This document shows positions 47,051-58,600 of a DNA stretch of 64,000 nucleotides, piece after piece (the stretch's first letter is position 1; the number at the start of each line of letters is the position of its first letter). This DNA comes from Takakia lepidozioides. Taxonomy: Eukaryota > Plantae > Bryophyta. Where the stretch lies: contig CM060732.1 of assembly GCA_030704615.1 (NCBI GenBank), positions 77,562,001 through 77,626,000 of the forward strand. Direction: 5' to 3'. The position numbers and the translations under genes were made by a program. The notes below the pieces were generated by a model. That model saw only the letters and a list, made by a program, of their open reading frames with translations, did not search any database and had not been told where the DNA came from.

Positions 47051-48424
47051 TGCGCAAGTAGCATTCAAACGTTCAAACGTTCAGACCAGCCCCCCCCTTT
47101 TTTTTTTCCATATTTCAATATTGGAGCCACAAATTTTGTATCCTAAAAATCAGAGTGTCGCCATCACAAATTTTTATTTGGTTTCAAACTTCGCCAAAAC
47201 TCAACCTGAATGTATTGTTACCAGCCGTTGCACCAATTTTTTTTTAATATAATCACCAATTCAGTTCCAAGGAGTCTGCTGACTGTAGCCATGTCTGTGA
47301 AACTTCATAAATGAAAAAAAAGAAGTCTGCAATTCACATATCCAAGGAGCCACAGTCTTCAGGCGTTGTTTAGTTTATGTGCACTGTGGCAGGTAAGGCA
47401 TCAAAAGGCCAGACTCAGAACGTTCAGCAAGCTGTCCTCCAGGTAGTCCTGCGGCTTCTACTCCCTCAAGCATAACTTCATTGTGTTCTTCTAGTTCAGA
47501 GAAGAGTCTATTTAAAGTGGGGAATCTATCTTCACTGCACACAAGAAATCCAATCCAAAGTTGAAATCTATTTTCACACACCTAAACCTGAAAATTGCTT
47601 TTGGTACGGAGATTCAGGATTCCAGATCATGACATTCACCTAGCAGGAAGTGTGATCCTTCCTTTGCAGAATTGTGCTTGCATTTATGCAGGCTCATTTC
47701 TGCTTCCTGCTAGTGGGGTTACTTACATACTCTCTTTTGCACCAATGCACACAAATACACAACAAAGCCCGTGGCACACCCATGCACAGCTTCACCTTCC
47801 ATCCAAGCCCCCGCATAGTGCTTGTCCTGCTTTGCTAGGCATCTTTGGTACATTATGTTTGAAGCCATTGTCAAGTACTTCCAAGGCATTGGATATGGTT
47901 TCTATGTGTTCTCTTCAATTTTCAAAGACCATTATGCAATGATCATAAGTTAGGTTAGCGTGTGACTTCCCCTAACCGCTTTCTTTAGATGGTAGCGAAG
48001 AATATATATGTATGTATAGTATAGAGAGTCTGACCAGAGGTCATTTCTTTGTGTTATAAATATATCCTGCTCTGAAACTGGGTTGTTTTGTATGTCTACA
48101 AGTCATACCTCCATTTCTCGGTATGGATGAGGGTTTAAGGTCCCATTATTTTGTAGACTCATTAATAATGAGATATAGCTCTTGAGCTGATAGCATCAAA
48201 AGATATGTATATGAAGGTACCTCATGCATTCAAACCAGAAGTGCAAATGGTGGAGATGGTAATGGAGGAGTTTATAGGCGGAACTTGAGAGCAAAGAGGC
48301 GCCATTACCCTGGAGTTGAGAAGTTTGTACTTGGTGGAGGGGAGTTGAGATCAAAGAGGGCTCCCCCCCTGTGACTCATTAGACAGGAGTTTGAACTCTA
48401 TGTCAAGGGGAGATAACTGAGAAA

Positions 48425-48510
48425 TCACTGACTCCGCTTAACGCATAACCTAAAATTCGAAACAACTGGAACCGCAGTTATGAAAAAAATCAAATAACCG
48501 CCCAACACTG
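48425..48510. mobile_element. Terminal fragment of a hAT-like element (end CAAATAACCGCCCAACACTG)
   Basis: The 20-mer at 48491-48510 is identical to 49601-49620 and related to the TIR at 24184-24201. Confidence 0.5.
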
Positions 48511-49011
48511 AAAATAACCTCCAGGAATGCCATGAGCGAAAGAAGCGTAAATTATGGTGTCTCTTTCACCCCGAAGGGTTACTGCCTTCCGCCACGAAGG
48601 TGGACACCTTTGTGATACAAATGGGTGGATTGAACCCACAACCACTTCCGCGGTGGTGTGTGTCCATTACCATTGGGCTACAACTTGAATCCATCAAACA
48701 ACCTTCAAAGAGGTGGTAAAAGAATAGACGGTAGAATGTCATGTCTGCACAACAAAGTTGGAAAAATTGGAAGGCATGACAAGAAGAAAGGTGGGGCCCA
48801 CCGTCCCCCAATGCTCATTTTAGAAGTAAGATTTTTTGAGGCTGTTCTGATTTCCTGTACAAAAGAAAATCATCAGTTTGTAAAATGTTCACTGCACCAT
48901 GAAACAAAGAAAGAAAGAAATTCTACACTATCAATGGGAAGCTAAGAGAGTTTATGGGACTAAGGAAGTTGGATACAAGGACAGTGGGGCCCACTACAAG
49001 CAACCCAAAAA

Positions 49012-49270
49012 CTACTCTGGAACTTCAAGAAATTCTTTAAGGTAGAGGCATCTTCTAATCCTTGCAAAGAAACACATCTGTGTCAGATTGGCTGTCGCTA
49101 CATAGGCAGTAGTAGTGGGACAGTGAGTAAAGAAATGCTCAGTCTCCATCTCCAGAAGCCAGGCAGAGTTGTCCAGCATGTTGTACCTATCCCATCTCCT
49201 AGTCTCTATCCTCACACTTTGTAAGCCCACATTATGAGATGGAGAGAGAGGCACAATCCAATACTTAGGC
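49012..49270 (-). mobile_element. Non-LTR retrotransposon (LINE) 3' fragment
   Basis: SHNVGLQSVRIETRRW...ETEHFFTHCP..Y matches the SH.L.IETGRW/E.E.HF.F.CP.Y C-terminal motif of LINE ORF2. Confidence 0.55.
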
Positions 49271-49311
49271 TGTAAGATTCTGTCCTCGGGAGAAGAAGGA
49301 AGGCGAATTGA

Positions 49312-49620
49312 TAGAGCTGTGAATCTATTAACCGTGGTTGCGGTTATTAAATTTTTTATGGCTAAATATAACCTCAGCGGTTACGGTTACTTACAAAAAC
49401 CTCAAATAACTGGCGGTTTTCATCAAATAACCGCGGGTATTGGGCAGTTCTTTAAGAGGTTTTTTGCTCGGTTACTTGAATGCGTGTCGTCCGCCGGTTC
49501 CTAACTGGACCGGTTACTTCATTTTTTCACCTCCACCGGTCATATATATATATATATATATATAAGGGGATAGGTAACCCCCGGGTATTAGAGAGAAATT
49601 CAAATAACCGCCCAACACTG
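49312..49620. mobile_element. hAT-like non-autonomous fragment with AACCG/CGGTT subterminal repeats and an (AT)n tract
   Basis: Dense taaccg/cggtta motifs ending in caaataaccgcccaacactg. No convincing left TIR or TSD. Confidence 0.5.
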
Positions 49621-49859
49621 GTTATTTTTTCCTAAGCGGTGTTCTCCCCCTTTTTTCTGATTAATAAAATTCCCCAGGCAGGGCCCTTGTCCCCTGTTCT
49701 GAAAAAAGAAAAAAAAGAAAAAAAAGAAAAGTTAGGGCTTGTGAACAGTGAAGGCCTTGCAAAGCAAAACCCTAGTTTCCATTTCTTACTAGTCCTCTCT
49801 CTGCAAGTCGCACTTGGTTGTCTGTCGGGTGGGGCGCTCTTACTGTCGTTGCTGTAGAC

Positions 49860-50210
49860 ATGTCATCTTCGTATGAGAAGGTGAAAGGCGGTAAGCTCAG
49901 TCTGAAGGGTGGTCCAGGGCTTGAGAGAAAGATAGATAAGAAAAAGAAGAAGAAGAAAACCAAGAATGTGACCGCGGAATCTCCAGAGAAGGCAGAAGTG
50001 GCTGGAGCAAACCCAACTGAAGCGTCTGAGAAAGTGTATGATATTGACACGGGCACGGGGCATGCCCCTGACGGAAAGAAAAGTAAAAAGTACGAGGAGC
50101 TTTTCCCTGTGGAGACCAAGAGATTTGGTTACGTTATACCGGAAGTGCAATCGAGAGAGACGGCCCTTGATGAGCGAATTAAAAAGAAGGCTGATCGGTA
50201 CTGCAAGTAA
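49860..50210 (+). CDS. Small lysine-rich protein with FRG1-like termini (116 aa, intronless)
   Basis: MSSSYEKVKGGKLSLKGG..KKKKKKK..KYEELFPVETKRFGY..ETALDERIKKKADRYCK*. The termini resemble FRG1 (Y..VK..KL.LKG..KKK; LLDRRAKLKADRYCK). Confidence 0.8.
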   Translation: MSSSYEKVKGGKLSLKGGPGLERKIDKKKKKKKTKNVTAESPEKAEVAGANPTEASEKVYDIDTGTGHAPDGKKSKKYEELFPVETKRFGYVIPEVQSRETALDERIKKKADRYCK

Positions 50211-50944
50211 CGTGGGGTAGATCTATGTTGCCAGCAGTCTTGCCGAACGCATTAACCTCGGCACTGGCAAGGAAGAAAGGGCTTAGTCGGAAATATGAAG
50301 TATGTAAGCATTCCATCATTTATCTTCTTTTCCATGAATTTCTACGCCTAGCAGTTGGTTTCCGCCCTGGGTCCTTTTATGTAGGCCCTGGTGGCAGGTC
50401 CCGTGGAATTTGGCTTGGGGATGGAGCTTCTATGGAGGGGATCAAAGGGATACGTTGTGAGCTCCATGTTCATTGGGGTCTGGCTTCAGCCACAGGTCCT
50501 TCCTACTTTTCACTGGAGGAGATTGGATTCAATGTGGAGGAGATAGGATGCTCATGTGGCCATGCAATAAGATCCTTTTGGATTTTGAGCGCAATGGCGT
50601 CCTCTGTGTATGTAGTTTGACTGTCAGCGTCTAGTTCAAGCTTCGACGACCACTAAGCGGAGACTGGGAATAATATCCTACTGGGAAGGCATGCAGCAGC
50701 TTTGTGCAAGAAGGAAGTCCTTGGGATCTTTTGAGGTTGGTTCAAATATACCAATCTTAACATCGTCTTCACTATTGAGAATTCCTGCTCCTGCTGTAAA
50801 TGGTAGTAACCGGGCCAGAATTCAATTTTAGGTCATTTAGGGTTTTGTTGGGAGGTGTCTCGAGCTCTGGGGAAATTACATAACCCGAATGCAGCAACTC
50901 CTTACTACAGACTCTTACATTCGGTGTCAAGATCCCAGTATGTA

Positions 50945-50946
<2 letters not shown>

Positions 50947-50979
<33 letters not shown>

Positions 50980-50993
50980 TACACACACACACA
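50947..50993. repeat. (CT)n(CA)n compound microsatellite
   Basis: Seen directly in the sequence. Confidence 0.9.
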
Positions 50994-51375
50994 ACTGAAG
51001 AGTCACAATGACGTACTATTCCTGGATCCAAAGATGGTGTATAGCAGATGTCCAGTCCAACTCAGAGCTGAGGGGGTTGAAGGGGTTGAGTCAATGTTTA
51101 GAGACAATACGAATCTTCTTGATTACAATTTGAACTTATAACCTGCACCTCCAAACGTGTAGGATCTCAAATTAACTTGGTAATGATCAGGATGGAAATT
51201 CTGCTTGAAGATGGAAATTCATGGGTGAAATCGCTTTTCAACTCTACAACTCAAATCCAAAACAATCTGATCTTTTTCAACAGGCTGCCATCTCCTCCCC
51301 TACATCAATCTACAAACATTTGTCCATGATGATGGCCTCCCTCAGTGTTTTGTTGCTGGGCTTTGTGGTATTTAT

Positions 51376-52090
51376 TCACCTGTGATGCTCATGGAGAACG
51401 GTATATCCTCCAAGCCCAATAGCAGCAGCCTCTGCAACCTCAGCCTGAACATGGTGTCTGTGAGCATGCGCTGGATCCATCTTCTCCTCATGGCGTTCAT
51501 ACTGTTCGTGGGTAACAATCCACATACCGTACACAATTCTGTTAGTAGCTTGCAAAGATGTTCTTGGCCACAAGGAAAGACTACACTAGCTAGTTACTGA
51601 CATTGTTTGCTCATGGAATTGATACACAAATCATGATTCTAGGCAGCATAGTTTCCAGCTCACGTCTACTTAATCCAGAATTGATCAACCTTCAGTAATC
51701 AGAACTCTGCAGCTAGGAACAGTTTGGTCCGTGCAAAACTGATTCAGGAATGAGAGAATGTCTGACCAGCTCGAAGGCTCCGGCAGCTGCTACTCCCATC
51801 CCAACCATGTGTACTTACTTCTTGTGCTTCTGCTCCTCTTCATAAAGGGTGGCAGGCACAACAGAGCTGCCCTGGTAGGGTGAGATCTGTTTGGCCCCAT
51901 AAGCACCATAGCCATTGAAAGATTGACCTCCGTGGGGAACAACCTGTTTATACCCATAGGAAGACTCTTGGCCATAGCCATAAGCAGGCGGAGCAGTTCC
52001 ATAGCCGTAAGCACCCGATTCAGGAGGAGGAGCTCCATTGACGTAACCGGGTGTTTGTTCGTATCGTCCTTGGAGGTACTGGTGCGACAT
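51376..52090 (-). pseudogene. ASR (ABA/stress/ripening, ABA_WDS domain) gene with a Gly/Tyr/Pro-rich N-terminus and an in-frame stop
   Basis: Exon about 51767-52090 ends YEEEQKHKK*VHMVGMGVAAAGAFEL. After an intron, exon about 51376-51501 reads YERHEEKMDPAHAHRHHVQAEVAEAAAIGLGGY..HEHH. TAA at 51815-51817. Confidence 0.8.
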
Positions 52091-53224
52091 TTCGCTCGGC
52101 CTGGTCTCAACAAGCTCGCTGCTTCTTTCTTACAGCACGCCCAAAACCTCTTCTCTTAGAGTCCCTTCATTTCTTCGAATCTCTTCACTTGTACGTAGCC
52201 TCTATCTCTCAAATGCTTCAAGTTCCGTGTAGAAAGGAGATTGCTTCCCAGTGGAGGGAAGACACACAAATATATAGACATCACTTGATATTCCAAACAG
52301 TGGCACAGCGCACGCGCAAGAAGCGGGAAGAAACACGGTGCCTACGCGATACACATGTCGGCTGTTCAAGCATCACTAGATCTTTCGCACTAAACTTTCT
52401 TTTCGAGCTTCTCTCGATAGTATCTGTGGATGACTGTGAGCATATCAGCTATGCAGGAAAGTTCCGTGCAGAGTGTACAATGCTACAGTGCGGATGAGTA
52501 AATCTCTTTCATGACTCATCGACTCACGGTGAGTAAACAAGTGGGCTCACTCAATTTCTCAAGGACCAATTTGAAAAAACAAAGCCCTATTCGGAGGGGG
52601 GTGACAAATGTGAGTTCGGACATTTGCGAGACATGTTTTCGCAAAAATTCCTGCATTGTAGTTCTCTACTTCGTCTTCCCCGTCTGTTACAACAGGCACA
52701 GCGATGGCACCGTGCTACACCGCCCTGCCAAGCGTGCAGAGGATTTTGTACCGAAGGCGCTTCACTGTTCTTGAGGTAAACTGCAGTTCATGTCTGCAAC
52801 CTTTTCATCTTCCTTCCTTTTATTACAGAAGAAAGAGAGATCTAGGTACTTCCATGTAATTTCAGTCACAGTTTCTACGGGATGTTCTTTCGGAGTGTGC
52901 ACAGCTTGTTACGAGGAATTGTGTATTAATGTGAGGACAGTATCCACTTCATTCTAAACACTCTAGGCTGCTCTATCCCCAATCAGAGACAGCCACGAGA
53001 CTTGACTGTGATTGCAGCCATCTATGCCATTATTAAAGGGCAGGACCAGAGGAAGACAGAAAGAAAGAGATGATTACATTATGTCCATCGGAGGCCTAAC
53101 GAGTGCAAATGAAACACCTTTCAAGAACTGTCTGCAGAACCACATCTGTACAATCACAGTGAGAGAGATTGCATGTAAAATATTCGTTCATATTCCTCAA
53201 GCAGACTCGGACAAGTAGCAGCTG

Positions 53225-53760
53225 GTAAAGTTCTTTGCATGCATATTGCAAGTTACTATGTACATCAAAGTGAAACAGATCAAAGGGCAGAGTTCTCTTG
53301 AGTTGAGGAATTTGTTTGTAAAACCCCTACACTTTCTCATGACATGTCCTGAAGGTCTTTGGTGAACAACTCCATGCAGTCCGCAACATGATCATTTATA
53401 CATGGCCTCTTGAACCATAACTTAGCCCTGATCTGACTCGGTAGGGGCAGTGTTGTGCATGCGAGTTCGATCAGTGCTGCCATCTGATCTTCTTAAAAAC
53501 GTTTTGGCGCTCCATATTCACATATGACAGCAACGCTCACTGTTCTGGAGGAGGCTCACATGATAATCTTTGTGAGGACATCTCTCGCTGTAAGGCTTCA
53601 TGGAAGCTATCCATATGCTCAGATTATCTCTGCCTTACAACTAACCCGTCGGTCTAAGACTGTATAGCCCTTCCTCTGTACTCCGAAAGATGAAAGGTCT
53701 AGCAAAAGCCCAATGCCCAATAGAACAGCTGTTAGTTAGTCTGAGCTAATCCCACAAACG
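53225..53760. repeat. Degenerate tandem duplicate of the TBCB 3' region (3' flank, last-intron segment and an exon scrap)
   Basis: 53393-53701 resembles 56047-56354 (last intron). 53225-53370 resembles 54820-54960 and 55187-55250. agctaatcccacaaac at about 53743 matches the exon at 56773. Confidence 0.7.
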
Positions 53761-54074
53761 TACCATCCTACTACCCTGCGACCTACTTGTTAGTCATTCC
53801 CTTTTCAGACATCTGATGAAACTTTTGCTAATTCAGGAATACTTGACACTTTTCAGAGACTTTTTCTAAACAAGGAAAACTTTCGGGTTGGTATAGACCT
53901 ACAAGATGCACTCTGGAGTTCTAAACATTAAGCTTGTCTCTAGTTTTCGCGTACTCTCAGTGAGGGAGGCCCCGTTCTCGACTTCAAGCACCAGAGACAA
54001 GTAGGCTGTTCGATTGCAGGCACCTTCCGGCGGAAGATTACGGACGTACAGAGGGAGAGTGTATAGAACGTAAT

Positions 54075-54521
54075 ATGCCTTCCCCAGTGCTGAAATCAGT
54101 GGTTCCAGTGTCCACCGTGAAAGCAAGGAAGGCGAGACGGATGAAGAGTCTAGTTAAGATTCCCATATTGAAGAAGCCGGCTACGATGGTAACGATGAGA
54201 TCCAAGGAGCCGGCACTTAAGCGAAAAACGAGAGAAGAAGCAAAAAGATCCAAAGCAGTGGGAACCATAGTGCTCAATGACGGATCAAGTGAAGTGGAAG
54301 AGATGTATTCCCGCAAAAAGCAAAAACTTGGGAGCGGAAAGGGGAAAACGAAAATTGAGGAGCGTGGTAAGACAATCTACGATCCAGAAATGGTCTTTTT
54401 CGATTGGAGAGATGGAGTTGGATGCTCAAATAATGTTACAGAGAGGAGCTCCATAAGTGTGTACAAGCATGCAGATTTCGACAACTCAAGATTCATGGAG
54501 TATATCGTTCCAAGTAGTTGA
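54075..54521 (+). CDS. Hypothetical basic Lys/Arg-rich protein (148 aa), unrecognised
   Basis: ATG-initiated intronless ORF with coding-like composition and NLS-like runs. No family recognised. Confidence 0.35.
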   Translation: MPSPVLKSVVPVSTVKARKARRMKSLVKIPILKKPATMVTMRSKEPALKRKTREEAKRSKAVGTIVLNDGSSEVEEMYSRKKQKLGSGKGKTKIEERGKTIYDPEMVFFDWRDGVGCSNNVTERSSISVYKHADFDNSRFMEYIVPSS

Positions 54522-55644
54522 GGGCAAGTGCTCCGGAATTTCACTAAGGAATTCTTAGTGTGAGGGCTGTGTTTAGTCTCTCTGCTGAGAAAGAGAAGAC
54601 GATCAAAGATCATAACTAGCGTACAGTACCACATACACGGATTCTGAAGCTTGAGACTCAAGGTTTAAGAACTCGTTGCGTACATTGACCTGATTCATTC
54701 TAGGATCATTCTTGACTGCTGGTGATCACAAAGCAGCTGACCCTATTTAAATTTGTAAATATGTTTACCAATCTATGTTACTGTCTCAGTGTTAGTTCTT
54801 CATAACAGATAGTAAATTTTTGGTAGAAGGCGTGCATATTGCACTTCTGTGTACATCAAAGTAAAACAGATCAAAGGGCTGAGTTCTTTCAAAGTTGAGG
54901 AATTTGTTTCCAAAACCCCCTACAATTTCCCATGTTATAAGATTTTTGGTGAGCAACTGTAATTCACAACAATTGTTTGTTTACACTTCATTACTGCAGA
55001 ATTTCGACATGCTTTGTTTATCCATTTCTCTTCTTTAGGTCCCTCCCTTTAAAGAGTAAGGTGGCTTTGGGAGTTTGGTTACATCCATAAGTTTTGGCTT
55101 AAGAAATTGTTGGCATATTTGCAGAAGGAATGCAAATACCACTACTGTGTACCAAGACAATCACAGGGTAGGGCTCTGTTCTCTTGGAATTTGTTTCCAA
55201 ACCCCATACAATTTCTCGCGACCCATGTCAGATTTTTGGTGAGCAACTGCAATTCACAACTGATTATAGTTTACACTTTACTTCACTACTGCAGAATTTT
55301 GACATGCGATGGTCATCCATTTCTTTTCTTGACCCAAAACTTTGGCATGTAACTCGGACTGCCAAAGCCACCCTCCTGTTTAAGTTGGTCCATTCTCCAA
55401 TTCAATCTTTTATAGGGACCAATTTCTCCTCACATGAAAGATCTACAATTGTTTTATGGAAGAAAGGAATAAACCAAGCTGGCATATAGCTCAACAGCAT
55501 GTCTCTCCTGCTAGCCAGAAGGTGGAAGATAAGAATGTCAAATGCTCATCAAAAGGTTGTTCCTATTATTTCCTACTATGCATGTCCTAAATCAATGTGC
55601 ATCGCGTCACACAACAGAGGATATTTGTGAGATTTGGAGGTGAC

Positions 55645-58600
55645 TTATATCTCTTCGAATTCGTCTTCAAAAATATCCCGTTCGGGATAGTCTCCAATCT
55701 GCACCACAAAACTGTACTCTTGAGCAACCGAACTCACGCAGCCTTCTAGCCTACATGACCAAGCCGATTAGGATGCTGCTGCAGGGAAGGAGGCAAGGGG
55801 AGAGGGGGAACGGACAAGAAAAAATGGGGCCAGTCGTAATCGCCAAAGGTTTGCTCCAATAGTGGGGCCTCAAAGCAAGGAGATTGACTCTACCCTAGGA
55901 TCTCTAAGTGTCAATTCCTAAATTGCAGAAGGAAAGGCTCTTTGATACTTTCAGAAAGGCCTCTTTCAAAAAAGCTGATATCAATCAGAGTACATCAGGA
56001 CATGTACCAGTTGAGAGGTTAATCCTCAACATAATCATTTAATCAACATCTAATATGGCCTCTTCAAACATAACTTATCCCTGATTTGACAGGTCAGTAG
56101 GCCTTTGGCAGTGTAGTCCATGTGATGAGTCAATCAGTACTGCCATCTCTCCTTAAAAACCTTGTGGCGTTTCATATTCTCATATGACAGCAACGCTCAC
56201 TTTAGTGAGCAGGCTTACATGATAATCTTTGTCAGGACACTGAGCTGTAAGGTTCATGAAAGCTATCCACACGCTCAGAATATCCCTCCCATACAACTAA
56301 CATGGTCAAAGGCTGTATAGCCCTACCTCACTAAACAAAAAGATAAAAAGGTCTACATCTATGGTCAAAACCCCAGAGGTGGAAACTTAAGACAGGACTA
56401 ACATCTCTCGCCTACCTTTGTTACCACTGCTCAAGGGAGAGACAGTACCTTGATTTTATCAGGCCGGAGCATTGCACCTTGATGTGGGGGACAAGTGAAG
56501 TAGCGCTTGCCCTTAACTCTGGCAGCCGAATTGACAGTTCTTAAAACTCTCAAAATTATTGATGAATATAAGAAATTGTTCTTTGCACGAAGCGAAGATT
56601 CAACTACAAACATCTTTCCGTAGTTTCTTGTTTATTTTTCGAATAATATGAGAAGATGATGATGGAACTGGTTGGGGAGGGGAGAAAGAATGAGACACAC
56701 GCACAGGCCATCATGCTTGCCGACTGGCTCATCATACTGAACACCAACCCAGAAGCCCGCAGCCAGGGTCTCAGCTAATCCCACAAACTTGACTGACCCT
56801 CGCTTGCCTCCTGGGTCAACTTCACAGCGGTCACCAACCTACACAGGGCCCACACTCCCTCGACCTGAAGTTTCCTTTCAAGCTCTCTCACAGATAATAT
56901 GAAATCATGCATATACACAACACAAAGGACTTCCGAAGGTGATGAAAAAGTCAACCAAAGTACACCTGCTCCTTCATGGGCTGACAAGCAAGAAATGAAA
57001 TGGTACTTATAACGTCTGTGGAAAGCTCAAAGAGCTTATGGGTCAAGAGAAAGCAAGAAACAAGAAAGACGGAGGGGCCCTCTACAAGCAGCCCAGAAAC
57101 ACATCCACACTGGGCCACAGGCCATGATACAAGATAGGTCAACCCAAGAAGAAAGAGAAATGAAATGAAATGGTACTTTACAACGTCCCCCGGAAGCTCA
57201 AAGAGCTTATGGGACAAGAGGAAGAAAGAGACAAGAAAGAGAGAGGGGCCACAAACAGCCCATAATTAACTAACGCTCAAGGGAACGTCTAAAGTCAACG
57301 TTTCATGCAGGTAAGCTCCCAAGCATTTCTGATCTTTGTAATGGAAGACCTCCGTGAGAGATTGGGTATCGCGGAATAGACAGTTGAATGTCCCGTGGAT
57401 CTCATAGTATAAAGGGCAGTGAAAGAAGAAATATTCTTCACTTTAGATTTCCCTGTTGTTCCCAGCGCAAGCGGGGCAAAGGTGGTTGTCACGTTGCAGA
57501 TTTTCCCATCTACCAGTTTCTATCACGTTGCAGACTGTGGGAACCCACCGTGAACCTCCCCAATGCCCTCAGAAGAGAGGGAGATAAAGCTGCAAATAGG
57601 TAATTAGGCCGCAACATTCTATTGTCACGGACAACCAAGAATGTCTCCCGATGGAAGTGCAGTTTTGTTGTTAGAGTGGCTGGTTTCCATGTCTGCACGA
57701 CGTGCAGTTCCACAAGTTCTCTTCTGATGCATCCAGTGTGGTCCTGTTTGAACGCAGTTCAGCCCCTCCGTATTTCGTGGCAGTAGGGAAGCAACGGAGA
57801 GCTCTTTGTTCTCACAAAAGTTGGACATCTAAGCATACCAAGAGTGCTTGAAACCAGCAGTTTTGAGCCTGATAGATGTTGTGAGGGCCTGGGCTGGGCT
57901 GTCAGCCCTTTGGGTGGAAGGGCTTGTAACCTTGTAAGAAAGATTGTAAGCCGGAGGATGGCCTTGGTTTGAAGTAGGACACATGCAAATTCCACAGATA
58001 GAATTTGTGAGGGTGTTGTAAGTCAAGCTCCAACCACTCCTTGGAGGAAAGACAACTGCAGAGAGAAATAAAGAGGTAAAGGGAGTTATACTACTTGCCG
58101 TGGCCTTGTGGCAGAGAAAGAAAAAGAAAGAAATGTATTATGTCGACAGAAGGCCACAATGGCAATCTAAAGAGGCAGAGGCGACGCTCACCTTAATGCC
58201 TGATGCAAGATCCGCCATGTGATCATCAGTCACCTGCCAGCAATACATGTGCCATCACCACCCTCATTTAGGAACATGACAAAGATAATGACTCAAGAAC
58301 TTTAATTTAAGGCATCAAAAAGAAATGAGGCAGACAGAACAAGCCAGAGAAGACCAGGGAGGGGGCCACTCTGGGATACTGGCCACTTGAAAACAACAAA
58401 GTCACAAGTGAGACAATAAATACACACACACCTGTTGAATAGGAACATATGGTTCACCTCTTCGCATTGCCATTTCCTGCTCCCACAACAGCTTTCCATG
58501 AGAGTTTGCATCACTTCCTTGCAAGTGCAAGAGCAGACTTGTGGTTACAGACATATCAAGAGAGATGTAGAGATACATGCGCACTAACAAGGTGGAGGCT

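Noticed and set aside
51815-51817. In-frame stops in ASR and INO80 as possible U-to-C RNA-editing sites
   Set aside because: Plant U-to-C editing is organellar, these are nuclear genes, and several lesions are indels.
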